The position numbers and the translations under genes were made by a program. Below the pieces are notes generated by a model that searched no databases, was not told the origin of the DNA, and worked only from the letters and a program-made list of their open reading frames with translations. DNA of 64,000 bases from Thermodesulfobacteriota bacterium (GTDB lineage: Bacteria > Desulfobacterota > Desulfuromonadia > Desulfuromonadales > Desulfuromonadaceae). The DNA is taken from the NCBI GenBank assembly GCA_034722515.1, contig JAYEOA010000052.1:7653-71652 (forward strand), in the 5' to 3' direction. Positions 1 to 9,359 of the stretch are shown in pieces. The first letter of the stretch is position 1, and each line of letters begins with the position of its first letter.

Positions 1-2873
1 TGGGGATACCTTTGGTTGCCACCAACGATTGTCATTACCTGACCCGTGAGGAAGCCTATGCCCACGAGGTGTTGTTGTGTATCCAAACGGGTAAAACCAT
101 GGATGACGAAAAGCGGATGCGTTTTCCCAACGATGGTTTTTATCTGCGTAGCCCCGATGAGATGGGCGAACTGTTTAAGCATGTTCCCTATGCGCTGGAC
201 AACACGGTTCAAATCGCGCAGCGGTGTAACATTGATTTTGATTTCAATACCTACCATTTCCCCCAGTATGAAAAGCCAAAAGACAAAACCCTTGAAGATG
301 TGTTGGAACAGATGGCGTGGGCCGGGCTTGACGAGCGGCTAATAACGATTAAACAGCTTAATCCCGAGTTTGATGACGAGGATAAAAAGATTTATCGGGC
401 GCGATTAGATCGCGAATTGAAAACTATTATTGATATGGATTTCCCCGGTTATTTTATTATTGTTGCCGATTTTATTAACTGGGCTAAAGATCAAGATATA
501 CCTGTGGGGGCGGGGCGCGGCAGTGCTGCGGGAAGTCTGGTTGCTTATGCGATGCGCATTACCGATATAGACCCCATCCCATACAATCTACTGTTTGAGC
601 GTTTTCTCAACCCAGAGCGGATATCGATGCCGGATATCGACGTTGATTTCTGCATCTACGGTCGTGAGAAAGTGATCCAATATGTTCAGGAAAAATATGG
701 CAAACCCAATGTTGCCCAAATAATTACTTTTGGCACCTTGGGAGCCAAAGGGGTGATCAAGGATGTGGGGCGGGCGTTGAATATCCCCTACGGCGAAGTG
801 GATAAACTATCGAAATTGGTGCCGGCAGTGCTTAATATCACCCTTGGCGATGCCCTGAAACAGGAACCGCGTATCTCGGATATGGCCAAAGCTGATGTGC
901 GGGTGAAAGAACTGTTGAACGTGGCGCTGTCGTTGGAGGGGTTGACGCGTCATGCTTCTACCCATGCCGCCGGTGTTGTGGTAACACCGGAACCCCTTAC
1001 CGATTATCTGCCGTTGTATACTGATCAGAAGGAGGGCGGTCAGGTTACTCAGTTCCCTATGAGTTATGTCGAACAGATTGGGTTGGTCAAGTTTGATTTT
1101 CTTGGTCTTAAAACCCTGACGGTTATAGATAATGCCCTGCGCTTGATCCATAGCAGCAAAAATCCCGATTTTAATCTTGATGTGATTGCCGTTGACGATG
1201 AGTTAACCTATCAGTTGCTTGGTCGTGGCGATACCACCGGGGTCTTTCAGCTTGAGTCTTCGGGGATGAAAGAACTACTGGTTAAATTGAAACCAAACTG
1301 TTTTGAAGATATTATCGCCGTGTGTGCTTTGTACCGACCCGGTCCTCTCGGTAGCGGTATGGTGGATAATTTTATTCTGCGTAAGCATGGTCAGCAGGAG
1401 ATTGTCTACGAATTCCCCCAAATGGAACCGATCCTCAAAGATACCTATGGTGTTATTGTCTATCAGGAGCAGGTTATGTTGCTGGCGCAAGTGCTGGCCA
1501 ACTATTCTCTTGGTGGCGCAGATTTGTTGCGCCGTGCCATGGGGAAGAAAAAAGTCGAGGAGATGGAAAGGCAGAAGGGGCTGTTTCTTGACGGAGCCAA
1601 AGAAAACAAGCTCGATGCTAAAAAAGCTGAAGCGGTTTTTGATTTAATGGCGATGTTTGCTGCTTATGGTTTTAATAAATCACACTCGGCAGCTTATGCG
1701 CTGATCGCTTATCATACCGCCTATCTCAAGGCACACTATCCCGTCGAGTTTATGGCTGCCCTGTTGACGGAGGATATGGACAATACCGATAAGGTGATTA
1801 AGAATATCGCCGAGGTGCGTACTAGAGGTATCGAGGTGTTGCCTCCCGATATCAATGCATCTATTCGTACCTTTACTGTTCACGAAAATTCGATGCGTTT
1901 TGGTTTGGGCGCAGTTAAGGGTGTTGGTGCTGCGGCACTGGAGTCGATCATTAAAGAGCGTGGTGTCGGAACCTATCAATCGTTGCACGATTTTTGTGAG
2001 CGGGTTGATATGAGCAAGGTCAACAAAAAGGTAGTGGATGCTTTAATCAAGTGTGGGGCATTTGATTCACTGGGTGGAAAACGCGCCCAGTATATGGCTG
2101 TGCTGGAAAATGCTATGGAGATCGGTCAACAGGTACAACGTGAACAGCATATAGGGCAAGATTCGCTGTTCGGTATGGAGGAGATGGTATCTCAGGATGG
2201 CAACAGTTATGGTGAATTGCCGGATATTGAAGAGTGGGATGATAAAGTACGCTTGAATTACGAAAAGGAATCCCTTGGTTTTTATATTACCGGGCATCCT
2301 TTGGCTCGCCATAGTGAGGAGATTACGCGCTTTGCCACCTGTGATATTGCCGGTCTGGTTGAGCGTAACGATAAAGAAGAGGTGCGTGTGTGCGGTATTG
2401 TGGCGGGGATCAAAGAGCTGGTGACTAAAAAAGGTGATCGCATGGCTTTTGTTTCCATGGAAGATTTATCCGGTACTCTTGAATTGGTGGTATTTCCGGA
2501 AGTGTTTCAGGCGTCTTCAGAGTATTTGCAGGGTGAAGAGCCGTTGATGGTTTATGGAACCGTTGACGCAACAGGGGAAAACTCTAAGATTCTTGCTACA
2601 GAGATTATGCTGCTTAGCGATGTTAAGCAGCGCCAGACACGCAAAATCCATATCCGTTTGACGACTACGGGGTTAACCGATGATCAGTTGCAACTGCTTA
2701 AACACACCATGATGCGCTACTCCGGTGCGTGCCGGGTATATTTGCACATGGTCGTGCCGAATCGGAGTGAAACACTCATAGTTGCGGCTAAGGAGCTAAG
2801 CGTAGCCGCCAGTGATGATTTTATTGCTGCTGTGGAAAAATTGTTTGGATACAATGTTGTCACATTTGAATGA
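1..2873 (+). CDS. dnaE: DNA polymerase III alpha subunit, C-terminal ~950 aa (5' end is upstream of the window)
   Basis: Frame is open from the window edge to the stop at 2873. DnaE-type motifs: GRGSAAGSLVAYAMRITDIDP, MPDIDVDF, LGLKTLTVI, YRPGP, FNKSHSAAYA, plus a C-terminal OB-fold-like region. Confidence 0.95.
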   Translation, partial: GIPLVATNDCHYLTREEAYAHEVLLCIQTGKTMDDEKRMRFPNDGFYLRSPDEMGELFKHVPYALDNTVQIAQRCNIDFDFNTYHFPQYEKPKDKTLEDVLEQMAWAGLDERLITIKQLNPEFDDEDKKIYRARLDRELKTIIDMDFPGYFIIVADFINWAKDQDIPVGAGRGSAAGSLVAYAMRITDIDPIPYNLLFERFLNPERISMPDIDVDFCIYGREKVIQYVQEKYGKPNVAQIITFGTLGAKGVIKDVGRALNIPYGEVDKLSKLVPAVLNITLGDALKQEPRISDMAKADVRVKELLNVALSLEGLTRHASTHAAGVVVTPEPLTDYLPLYTDQKEGGQVTQFPMSYVEQIGLVKFDFLGLKTLTVIDNALRLIHSSKNPDFNLDVIAVDDELTYQLLGRGDTTGVFQLESSGMKELLVKLKPNCFEDIIAVCALYRPGPLGSGMVDNFILRKHGQQEIVYEFPQMEPILKDTYGVIVYQEQVMLLAQVLANYSLGGADLLRRAMGKKKVEEMERQKGLFLDGAKENKLDAKKAEAVFDLMAMFAAYGFNKSHSAAYALIAYHTAYLKAHYPVEFMAALLTEDMDNTDKVIKNIAEVRTRGIEVLPPDINASIRTFTVHENSMRFGLGAVKGVGAAALESIIKERGVGTYQSLHDFCERVDMSKVNKKVVDALIKCGAFDSLGGKRAQYMAVLENAMEIGQQVQREQHIGQDSLFGMEEMVSQDGNSYGELPDIEEWDDKVRLNYEKESLGFYITGHPLARHSEEITRFATCDIAGLVERNDKEEVRVCGIVAGIKELVTKKGDRMAFVSMEDLSGTLELVVFPEVFQASSEYLQGEEPLMVYGTVDATGENSKILATEIMLLSDVKQRQTRKIHIRLTTTGLTDDQLQLLKHTMMRYSGACRVYLHMVVPNRSETLIVAAKELSVAASDDFIAAVEKLFGYNVVTFE

Positions 2874-3062
2874 TTGATATACCATGTGGCGTTTTAGTGG
2901 CGGAGTAGGCTGTCGAAATAGGTTTGTACCTGTTTTGATTGCGCCATAGTAACAAATTTGTAGCTTTATTATGTAAGGTTTCGTTTAAGAAGCCTTGCCA
3001 AAACATAGGAAGCCATGTTTCCTCAAGGGGATGGGAACAGGGGTGATTGATAGGAGAACGTG

Positions 3063-4031
3063 ATGCAAGCTTATCTAGATTTTGAAAAGCCGTTGGTTGA
3101 ATTAGAGCAGAAAATTCAAGAACTGCGTGGGTATTCAACTGAAAATGTCGATTTTAGTAGTGAACTGCAAAAGTTGGAGTCTAAGGCCGCAAAGCTACGT
3201 GAAGAAATATTTTCGAAACTGACTCGCTGGCAACGCACGCAACTGGCTCGCCATCCCGGTCGTCCATTTACCCTCGATTTTATCGACCATGTGTTTACCG
3301 ATTGGTTTGAGGTGCATGGAGATCGCAATTTTGCCGACGATTCAGCGCTCGTTTGTGGTTTTGCCCGTTTTGATGGGCAGCCTTGTGCGGTGATTGGTCA
3401 CCAAAAGGGGCGCGATACCAAGGAAAAGGTAGCACGTAATTTTGGTATGCCTAATCCTGAGGGTTATCGTAAAGCTATGCGCATTATGAAAATGGCAGAA
3501 CAGTTTGATTTGCCAATTTTTACTTTTGTGGATACCCCTGGCGCTTATCCCGGCATTGGCGCTGAGGAGCGCGGTCAGGCCGAAGCGATTGCCCGCAATC
3601 TGCGTGAAATGGCTTCCTTAAAAGTTCCTGTTATTGTGACTATAACCGGTGAAGGTGGTTCCGGTGGTGCGTTGGCAGTTGCTGTGGGCAATCGAGTGTT
3701 GATGATGCAATATTCGGTGTATGCTGTTATCTCACCTGAGGGTTGTGCTGCTATTTTATGGAATGATGGTGCTAAAGGGCCGCAGGCTGCCGAAGCATTG
3801 CGGGCTACATCGGCAGATGTTGCGGAGCTTGGTTGTATTATCGACGACGTGATTGAGGAGCCGATTGGCGGTGCACACAACGATGTCAAACAAACCGGCG
3901 AATTTGTGAAAGCCTGTTTGAAAAAGCATTTGGCAGAACTACAACAACTTTCTCCAGAAGAGTTGGTTGAACAGCGTTATCAAAAATTCCGGGCAATGAC
4001 GGTTATGCAGGAAGATGCTGTGGAGGTATAA
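3063..4031 (+). CDS. accA: Acetyl-CoA carboxylase carboxyltransferase alpha subunit
   Basis: [26 protein letters not shown] and [10 protein letters not shown] motifs. AGGAG lies 6 nt upstream of the ATG at 3063; the ORF track starts one codon earlier at GTG 3060. Confidence 0.93.
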   Translation: MQAYLDFEKPLVELEQKIQELRGYSTENVDFSSELQKLESKAAKLREEIFSKLTRWQRTQLARHPGRPFTLDFIDHVFTDWFEVHGDRNFADDSALVCGFARFDGQPCAVIGHQKGRDTKEKVARNFGMPNPEGYRKAMRIMKMAEQFDLPIFTFVDTPGAYPGIGAEERGQAEAIARNLREMASLKVPVIVTITGEGGSGGALAVAVGNRVLMMQYSVYAVISPEGCAAILWNDGAKGPQAAEALRATSADVAELGCIIDDVIEEPIGGAHNDVKQTGEFVKACLKKHLAELQQLSPEELVEQRYQKFRAMTVMQEDAVEV

Positions 4032-4035
4032 AGTC

Positions 4036-4794
4036 ATGTTGTTCGTTCGTTGGGGGTTGGTGTGTTTGGCGCTGCTGTGTAGCGTCAGCTGTTCCACCCT
4101 TCCACCTGAACCATCTTCATCTCTTTCCCTGACGGGAGCTAAATTAAAGGGCTGGCAAAAACCTTACAACGTAATGGGTGTTGCCTATACTCCGCTGCTT
4201 GCTCACGAGGGTTTTGTCGAGCGGGGGCTTGCCAGTTGGTATGGCATAAAATTTCATGGTCGTAAAACCAGTAATGGCGAGATATACGATATGTACGCCA
4301 TGACAGCTGCTCATAAAACCTTGCCGCTGGGGGTTTTTGTTCGAGTTGAAAATCAAAATAATGGTCTGGTTGACGTTGTCCGGGTGAATGATCGTGGTCC
4401 GTTTGTTGCCGGTCGTATTATTGATCTATCTTATGCTGCGGCAAAAAAATTAGCAGTGGTCGGCCCGGGGACAGCTCCGGTAGTGATTACTGCCTTGGGT
4501 TATCGGCACACGGGGGCGGATGGAATGTTACACTACGCCTTACCCGAGTCGATACACAGTGGTCCGTTTGCTGTTCAGGTTGGCGCATTTATTCAGCAGG
4601 AAAATGCGTTGCGGTTGCAAGTAACGTTGCAACGTCTGTATGGTCATGCCGATATGCGTGAGGTGCAAGTGCGTGGGCAGCGTTTTTTTCGCGTTCGTGC
4701 CGGGCATTATGTTTCGTTAGCTGAGGCAATGATAGGGCAGGAAGCACTGGCTCAATCAGGCTATGGTAGTGGGTTTGTCGTTGCCATCGATTGA
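4036..4794 (+). CDS. rlpA: Septal ring lytic transglycosylase RlpA family lipoprotein with C-terminal SPOR-like domain
   Basis: DPBB core WYGIKFHGRKTSNGEIYDMYAMTAAHKTLPLGVFVRVEN...NDRGPF. Signal peptide with Cys, C-terminal FAVQVGAF SPOR-like segment, GGAGG upstream of ATG 4036. Confidence 0.85.
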   Translation: MLFVRWGLVCLALLCSVSCSTLPPEPSSSLSLTGAKLKGWQKPYNVMGVAYTPLLAHEGFVERGLASWYGIKFHGRKTSNGEIYDMYAMTAAHKTLPLGVFVRVENQNNGLVDVVRVNDRGPFVAGRIIDLSYAAAKKLAVVGPGTAPVVITALGYRHTGADGMLHYALPESIHSGPFAVQVGAFIQQENALRLQVTLQRLYGHADMREVQVRGQRFFRVRAGHYVSLAEAMIGQEALAQSGYGSGFVVAID

Positions 4795-4805
4795 CATAGA
4801 AATAA

Positions 4806-4849
4806 TGTAACTATTCAGCGTGTCCAATTGGAGAGGTGTTAATAGTTTC
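4806..4849 (+). repeat. Degenerate copy of a hairpin repeat (17-mer TGTAACTATTCAGCGTG shared with 18969-18985)
   Basis: The 17 nt at 4806-4822 are identical to 18969-18985. AACTATT (4809-4815) pairs with AATAGTT (4841-4847). The downstream segment CCAATTGGAGAGGTGTTAATAGTT resembles CCAACTACAGAGGTGCTGAACAGTT of the other copy. Confidence 0.5.
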
Positions 4850-4868
4850 GAAAGCATTATGCTTGGGT

Positions 4869-4909
4869 AAAACAAGCGATGATCACGATTGGGTGACATC
4901 GCTTGTTTT
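4869..4909 (+). terminator. Rho-independent terminator after rlpA
   Basis: 13-bp stem AAAACAAGCGATG (4869-4881) / CATCGCTTGTTTT (4897-4909), whose 3' arm ends in a T run. Confidence 0.6.
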
Positions 4910-4977
4910 GTTACGGAAATGGTTTTGTAGAGGCGTTGCATGCAACGTCTCTATGGTGGAGAAGGGCGAATCTATAA

Positions 4978-5538
4978 ATGAAACGTGTTTTTGATTTTTT
5001 TGTGTCATTGATGGCGCTGGTTGTTTTCGCTATTCCTTTACTGGTTGTGGCGCTGCTGGTGAAGTTTACCTCTCAAGGTCCGGCGTTGTACTGGTCGGAT
5101 CGGATCGGGAGGAATAATGCCATTTTCAAAATGCCCAAGTTTCGCACTATGCGTATCGACACCCCTGCGGTGGCGACCCATCTTCTCGGTGATCCAGAAC
5201 AGTTTCTTACCCCTATTGGTAAAATTTTGCGTAGGTCGAGTCTGGATGAGATTCCACAGCTTTTCAGTATTTTAAAGGGCGATATGAGCATTGTTGGTCC
5301 ACGTCCGGCACTGTTTAATCAAGATGATCTGGTCAGCTTGCGGACAGAACATGGAATTCATGTTCTCACTCCAGGTCTTACTGGCTGGGCTCAGGTTAAT
5401 GGGCGTGATGAGCTGCCTATCTCCGTCAAGGTTGAATTTGATGCATATTATTTACAGTACCGATCATTTATTCTGGATATGAAGATTATCGGTAAAACAG
5501 TGCATAACGTTGTTACAAGTGAAGGGGTGTCGCATTAA
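4978..5538 (+). CDS. Small bacterial sugar transferase (PglC/WbaP C-terminal type phosphoglycosyl transferase)
   Basis: Single N-terminal TM helix, then KMPKFRTM, DEIPQL, GDMSIVGPRP and motifs typical of the Bac_transf family. Confidence 0.85.
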   Translation: MKRVFDFFVSLMALVVFAIPLLVVALLVKFTSQGPALYWSDRIGRNNAIFKMPKFRTMRIDTPAVATHLLGDPEQFLTPIGKILRRSSLDEIPQLFSILKGDMSIVGPRPALFNQDDLVSLRTEHGIHVLTPGLTGWAQVNGRDELPISVKVEFDAYYLQYRSFILDMKIIGKTVHNVVTSEGVSH

Positions 5539-5551
5539 TATTAATGCTCAT

Positions 5552-7438
5552 ATGAAAAGTTTTCTCGAAAAACGTTTACCGTTAATTATTGTTGCCAATG
5601 TGGTGATCATTGTGCTGGCATTGTTGCTGGCATTTGCCGTGCGCTACGATTTTTCCCTTTGTACCCTGACGTTAAAACCGTTCTGGCGTCTATTGCCCGC
5701 AGTTATTGTGATTAAATTGCTGCTGTTCTGGCGTTATGGTTTGTTTCGTGGCTGGTGGCGCTACGTGTCGATGACAGATTTGATTACGATCTGCAAAGCC
5801 AATATTCTGGCTTCGGCAGGTGTTGTTGGTTACGCTGCTTTTGTCTATCGGCTTGAATCAATCCCACGCAGTGTTCTTCTTTTAGATGGCCTTTTTTGTT
5901 TTTTGTTAGTTGCCGGTATTCGTTTTTCAATTCGTGCCTGGCGGGAAAACTTTTATCCGATGGCGGTAAATCGTGGTGGTAGAACCCGCTTGTTAATTAT
6001 TGGCGCTGGTGATGCCGGTCAGATGATTGCCCGTGAGTTACATTTGAATCGTACCCTTAAAATTGAAGCGGTCGGATTTGTCGATGATGATGGACGGAAA
6101 CAGGGGGAGATGTTTCACGGTTTGCCGGTGTTGGGACGTTGCGTTGATCTTCCGACTGTGTGTCGTAAAAAACAGGTTTCAGAGGTTGTGATTGCCATAC
6201 CATCGGCATCTGGTCGTCAGATTCGTGCCATTGTGCAACGGTGTCAGCAGGCGAATGTGCGTTTCAAGACCTTGCCCGGTGTTGGAAGTTTGCTGGATGG
6301 ATCGGTGTCGGTACAGCAGCTAAAAGAAGTGTCTTTGGACGATTTGTTAGGGCGCGAATCGGTGCGTTTGGATAACCGGGAAATTTCGAATTATCTTCGC
6401 GATAAGCGGGTATTGATCACCGGGGCTGGTGGCAGTATCGGTAGTGAGTTATGTCGTCAGATTTCTAAATTTAATCCCGGTCAATTGATTTTATTTGAAA
6501 ATGCCGAGACACCGTTGTTTTCTATTGAAAAAGAGTTGAGGAATGCTTGTCTTGAGTTGTCAATCTTTCCTATCATAGGTGATATCCGCCACCGGGCACG
6601 GGTTGAGGCTATTTTTGATGAATTTATGCCGCAGGTTGTATTTCATGCTGCGGCTTACAAACATGTACCGATGATGGAATTTAATCCGGCTGAGGCTGTT
6701 AACAACAATGTTCGCGGTACTCAGGTGATGGCAGAGGTGGCTGATGCTTTTCACGTTGAACATTTTGTTATGGTCTCGACAGATAAGGCGGTTAATCCAA
6801 CCAATGTAATGGGGGCTAGTAAGCGAGCGGCAGAGAAAATTGTTCAAACGTTAGAGCGTCGCAGTAAAACCTGTTTTGTAACGGTGCGTTTTGGTAATGT
6901 TCTCGGTAGTAGTGGCAGTGTGATTCCGACATTTACCGAGCAGATCAAAGCTGGTGGTCCGGTGACGGTAACCCATAGGGAGATTACACGTTATTTCATG
7001 ACCGTTTCTGAAGCGTCGCAGTTGGTGTTGCAGGCCGGGAGTATGGGGCGTGGCGGCGAAATTTATTTGTTAGATATGGGGGAGCCGGTGAAGATTGTTC
7101 ACTTGGCTGAGGAGTTGATTCGCTTGTCAGGTAAAATTCCATATGAAGATATTGATATTGAATTTACCGGTTTGCGCCCCGGTGAAAAATTATATGAGGA
7201 GTTGCTTCTCGATAGCGAGGGTGTGCGGCCAACCAGACATGAGAAGATCTGTGTTGCGGCTTCTGTTTATGAAGATGCAATTCTATTGCAGGAACAGATT
7301 GATTCTTTATTTGCCGCAGCAAGGCGCATGGAATTGACCGAGGTTCTCAATTTATTACAAGTGATTGTTCCTGAATATCATCCTGCAGAACATGAATCAG
7401 CGCGTAAGTTGATAAAAGGGACATCGGCAAAGGATTGA
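5552..7438 (+). CDS. Membrane-anchored nucleotide-sugar 4,6-dehydratase (CapD/PglF/WbpM family)
   Basis: Four N-terminal TM segments, a first Rossmann fold (LLIIGAGDAG), then SDR-type ITGAGGSIGSEL, a YKHV region and STDKAVNPTNVMGASKR. ATG 5552 follows the upstream stop at 5536-5538. Confidence 0.85.
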   Translation: MKSFLEKRLPLIIVANVVIIVLALLLAFAVRYDFSLCTLTLKPFWRLLPAVIVIKLLLFWRYGLFRGWWRYVSMTDLITICKANILASAGVVGYAAFVYRLESIPRSVLLLDGLFCFLLVAGIRFSIRAWRENFYPMAVNRGGRTRLLIIGAGDAGQMIARELHLNRTLKIEAVGFVDDDGRKQGEMFHGLPVLGRCVDLPTVCRKKQVSEVVIAIPSASGRQIRAIVQRCQQANVRFKTLPGVGSLLDGSVSVQQLKEVSLDDLLGRESVRLDNREISNYLRDKRVLITGAGGSIGSELCRQISKFNPGQLILFENAETPLFSIEKELRNACLELSIFPIIGDIRHRARVEAIFDEFMPQVVFHAAAYKHVPMMEFNPAEAVNNNVRGTQVMAEVADAFHVEHFVMVSTDKAVNPTNVMGASKRAAEKIVQTLERRSKTCFVTVRFGNVLGSSGSVIPTFTEQIKAGGPVTVTHREITRYFMTVSEASQLVLQAGSMGRGGEIYLLDMGEPVKIVHLAEELIRLSGKIPYEDIDIEFTGLRPGEKLYEELLLDSEGVRPTRHEKICVAASVYEDAILLQEQIDSLFAAARRMELTEVLNLLQVIVPEYHPAEHESARKLIKGTSAKD

Positions 7439-7519
7439 TGTTATGTATTGTGTACAGATGAGCAAGGTTGTGATACTTGTTCCCCTGTTGATGTTAGTAA
7501 CATATAAAATGGACTTATT

Positions 7520-8407
7520 ATGATCAAGAGTATGACCGGATACGGTAAGGGGCAATTGGCAGGTAGTGATGCCCAGTATAGCGTTGAAATAAAAACAGTC
7601 AATCATCGTTATTCAGACGTAAGTGTCAAAGTGCCGCGTGCGTTGCTGTTTGTTGAACGTGAGATTAAGAAATGGGCTGCTGAACGCCTGACCAGGGGCA
7701 AGATTGATGTGTTTATCAGCCGTGAGACGACACAGGAGTTACTACAGACACCGGTGCTTAACGAAGTGTTGGCGGGAGAATATGTGAAACTGTTTACTCA
7801 GATGAGTTCTCAGTTTCAATTGTCTGCAGATATACCAGTTTCATTGCTGGTGGCACAGAGGGATGTGATTGTGCTACGTGAAGCCGATATGGATGAAGCG
7901 GTAGTACGCGACCATCTCCAGCAGGCAGTGTTATTGGCGATAGATGCGGTGGAGAAGATGCGCCGTCAGGAAGGGGCTGCGTTGCAGGAAGATATGCAGA
8001 TGCGGTTGGGACTGATGGAGGATATGTTGTCCACCATTGAAATGCGATCACCTCAAGTCGTTGTTGAGTGGCAACAGAAGCTGAAAGGACGCTTGGCACG
8101 CTTGCAGGATGATGATGATGATGTTGAGGTAGATCCACAACGGATTGCTCAGGAATTGGCGATTTTTGCTGATCGCTGCGATATTTGTGAAGAGGTGGTT
8201 CGTTTTAAAAGCCACTTGGTGCAGTTTCGCCAATTGTTTGAGTCGGATGTGGCTGTTGGTCGGCAGATGGATTTTTTGCTTCAGGAATTGAATCGTGAAA
8301 CCAATACCATGGGGTCCAAATCTAATGATGCCGAATTGACTACTCAGGTGGTTGCAATTAAAGCTGAGTTAGAAAAAATCCGTGAGCAGGTGCAAAACAT
8401 TGAATAG
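7520..8407 (+). CDS. yicC: YicC family stress-induced protein
   Basis: N-terminal MIKSMTGYGKG and C-terminal DUF1732-type LLQELNRETNTMGSKSND. Confidence 0.85.
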   Translation: MIKSMTGYGKGQLAGSDAQYSVEIKTVNHRYSDVSVKVPRALLFVEREIKKWAAERLTRGKIDVFISRETTQELLQTPVLNEVLAGEYVKLFTQMSSQFQLSADIPVSLLVAQRDVIVLREADMDEAVVRDHLQQAVLLAIDAVEKMRRQEGAALQEDMQMRLGLMEDMLSTIEMRSPQVVVEWQQKLKGRLARLQDDDDDVEVDPQRIAQELAIFADRCDICEEVVRFKSHLVQFRQLFESDVAVGRQMDFLLQELNRETNTMGSKSNDAELTTQVVAIKAELEKIREQVQNIE

Positions 8408-8426
8408 TTGTTGGGGTGGGAGTTAA

Positions 8427-9035
8427 ATGCAACGACAAGGTTTATTATACATAATTTCGGCTCCATCCGGAGCCGGTAAGACCACATTGTGTAATGCTAT
8501 TATTGACTTGCTTCCTCAATTAGGGCAGTCTATATCGTTCACTACTCGGTCAATGCGTGTTGGTGAGGTTGACGGTGTTGATTACCATTTTGTTGCCGTT
8601 GAAACGTTTCAAAACATGATTGCTTCGGGGGCGTTTGTCGAGTGGGCGCAGGTACATGGTAATTTTTATGGAACAGCACTAAAAACATTGGAAGATGCAC
8701 GTGTGGCAGGGCGTGATATTCTGCTAGATATCGATTTTCAGGGTGCGGCTCAGTTGAAAAAAATGGTTGATCATGCGGTGTTTATCTTTATCGCACCGCC
8801 AAGTTTTGCTGAGTTGAAACGGCGCTTGCTGGGGCGAGAAACCGATAGTGACGATGTTGTTGCTCAGCGGATTGAAAATGCCCGAAGTGAGATGGTGCAA
8901 GCGCGATGGTACGATTATATCATTATCAATGATGATATTGATGATGCTGTGGCAAAGCTAAAAGCAGTGATTAGTGCTGAACGCTGTCGAGGGCGTTTGG
9001 TGTTTCCCGTAGTGGAACAGAGTTTGAACATTTGA
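8427..9035 (+). CDS. gmk: Guanylate kinase
   Basis: P-loop SAPSGAGKTT, TTR..R.GE.DG.DYHF, and conserved gmk-rpoZ-rel order. Confidence 0.93.
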   Translation: MQRQGLLYIISAPSGAGKTTLCNAIIDLLPQLGQSISFTTRSMRVGEVDGVDYHFVAVETFQNMIASGAFVEWAQVHGNFYGTALKTLEDARVAGRDILLDIDFQGAAQLKKMVDHAVFIFIAPPSFAELKRRLLGRETDSDDVVAQRIENARSEMVQARWYDYIIINDDIDDAVAKLKAVISAERCRGRLVFPVVEQSLNI

Positions 9036-9074
9036 GGCATATTTTAGGAATCATTAAGTCGAAGGGGTATACCG

Positions 9075-9284
9075 ATGGCACGTGTTACCGTTGAGGATTG
9101 TTTAGATGTAATTTCGAATCGTTTTTTGTTGACCATGGTCGCTACTAAGCGGGCAAAGCAATTATATCGTGGTGCATCGCCAATGTTGGAGAATGTTTCC
9201 GGTAATAAAAAGGTGGTTCTGGCGTTGCGTGAAATTGCTGCGGGTAAGATTGAGTTTGACGCTCCAGATACACGCACTTCCTAA
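9075..9284 (+). CDS. rpoZ: DNA-directed RNA polymerase omega subunit
   Basis: [10 protein letters not shown]...[16 protein letters not shown] is a canonical omega N-terminus. Confidence 0.9.
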   Translation: MARVTVEDCLDVISNRFLLTMVATKRAKQLYRGASPMLENVSGNKKVVLALREIAAGKIEFDAPDTRTS

Positions 9285-9306
9285 AATACGATTTTTCTGT
9301 TTTCAA

Positions 9307-9333
9307 CAGGCGGCACCTATTGGGTGTCGCCTG
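9307..9333 (+). other. GC-rich hairpin in the rpoZ-rel spacer
   Basis: 11-bp stem CAGGCGGCACC / GGTGTCGCCTG with one G-U pair and a 5-nt loop. No T run follows. Confidence 0.3.
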
Positions 9334-9359
9334 TCGTCGTTAAAACCTTTCTCTGTCCC

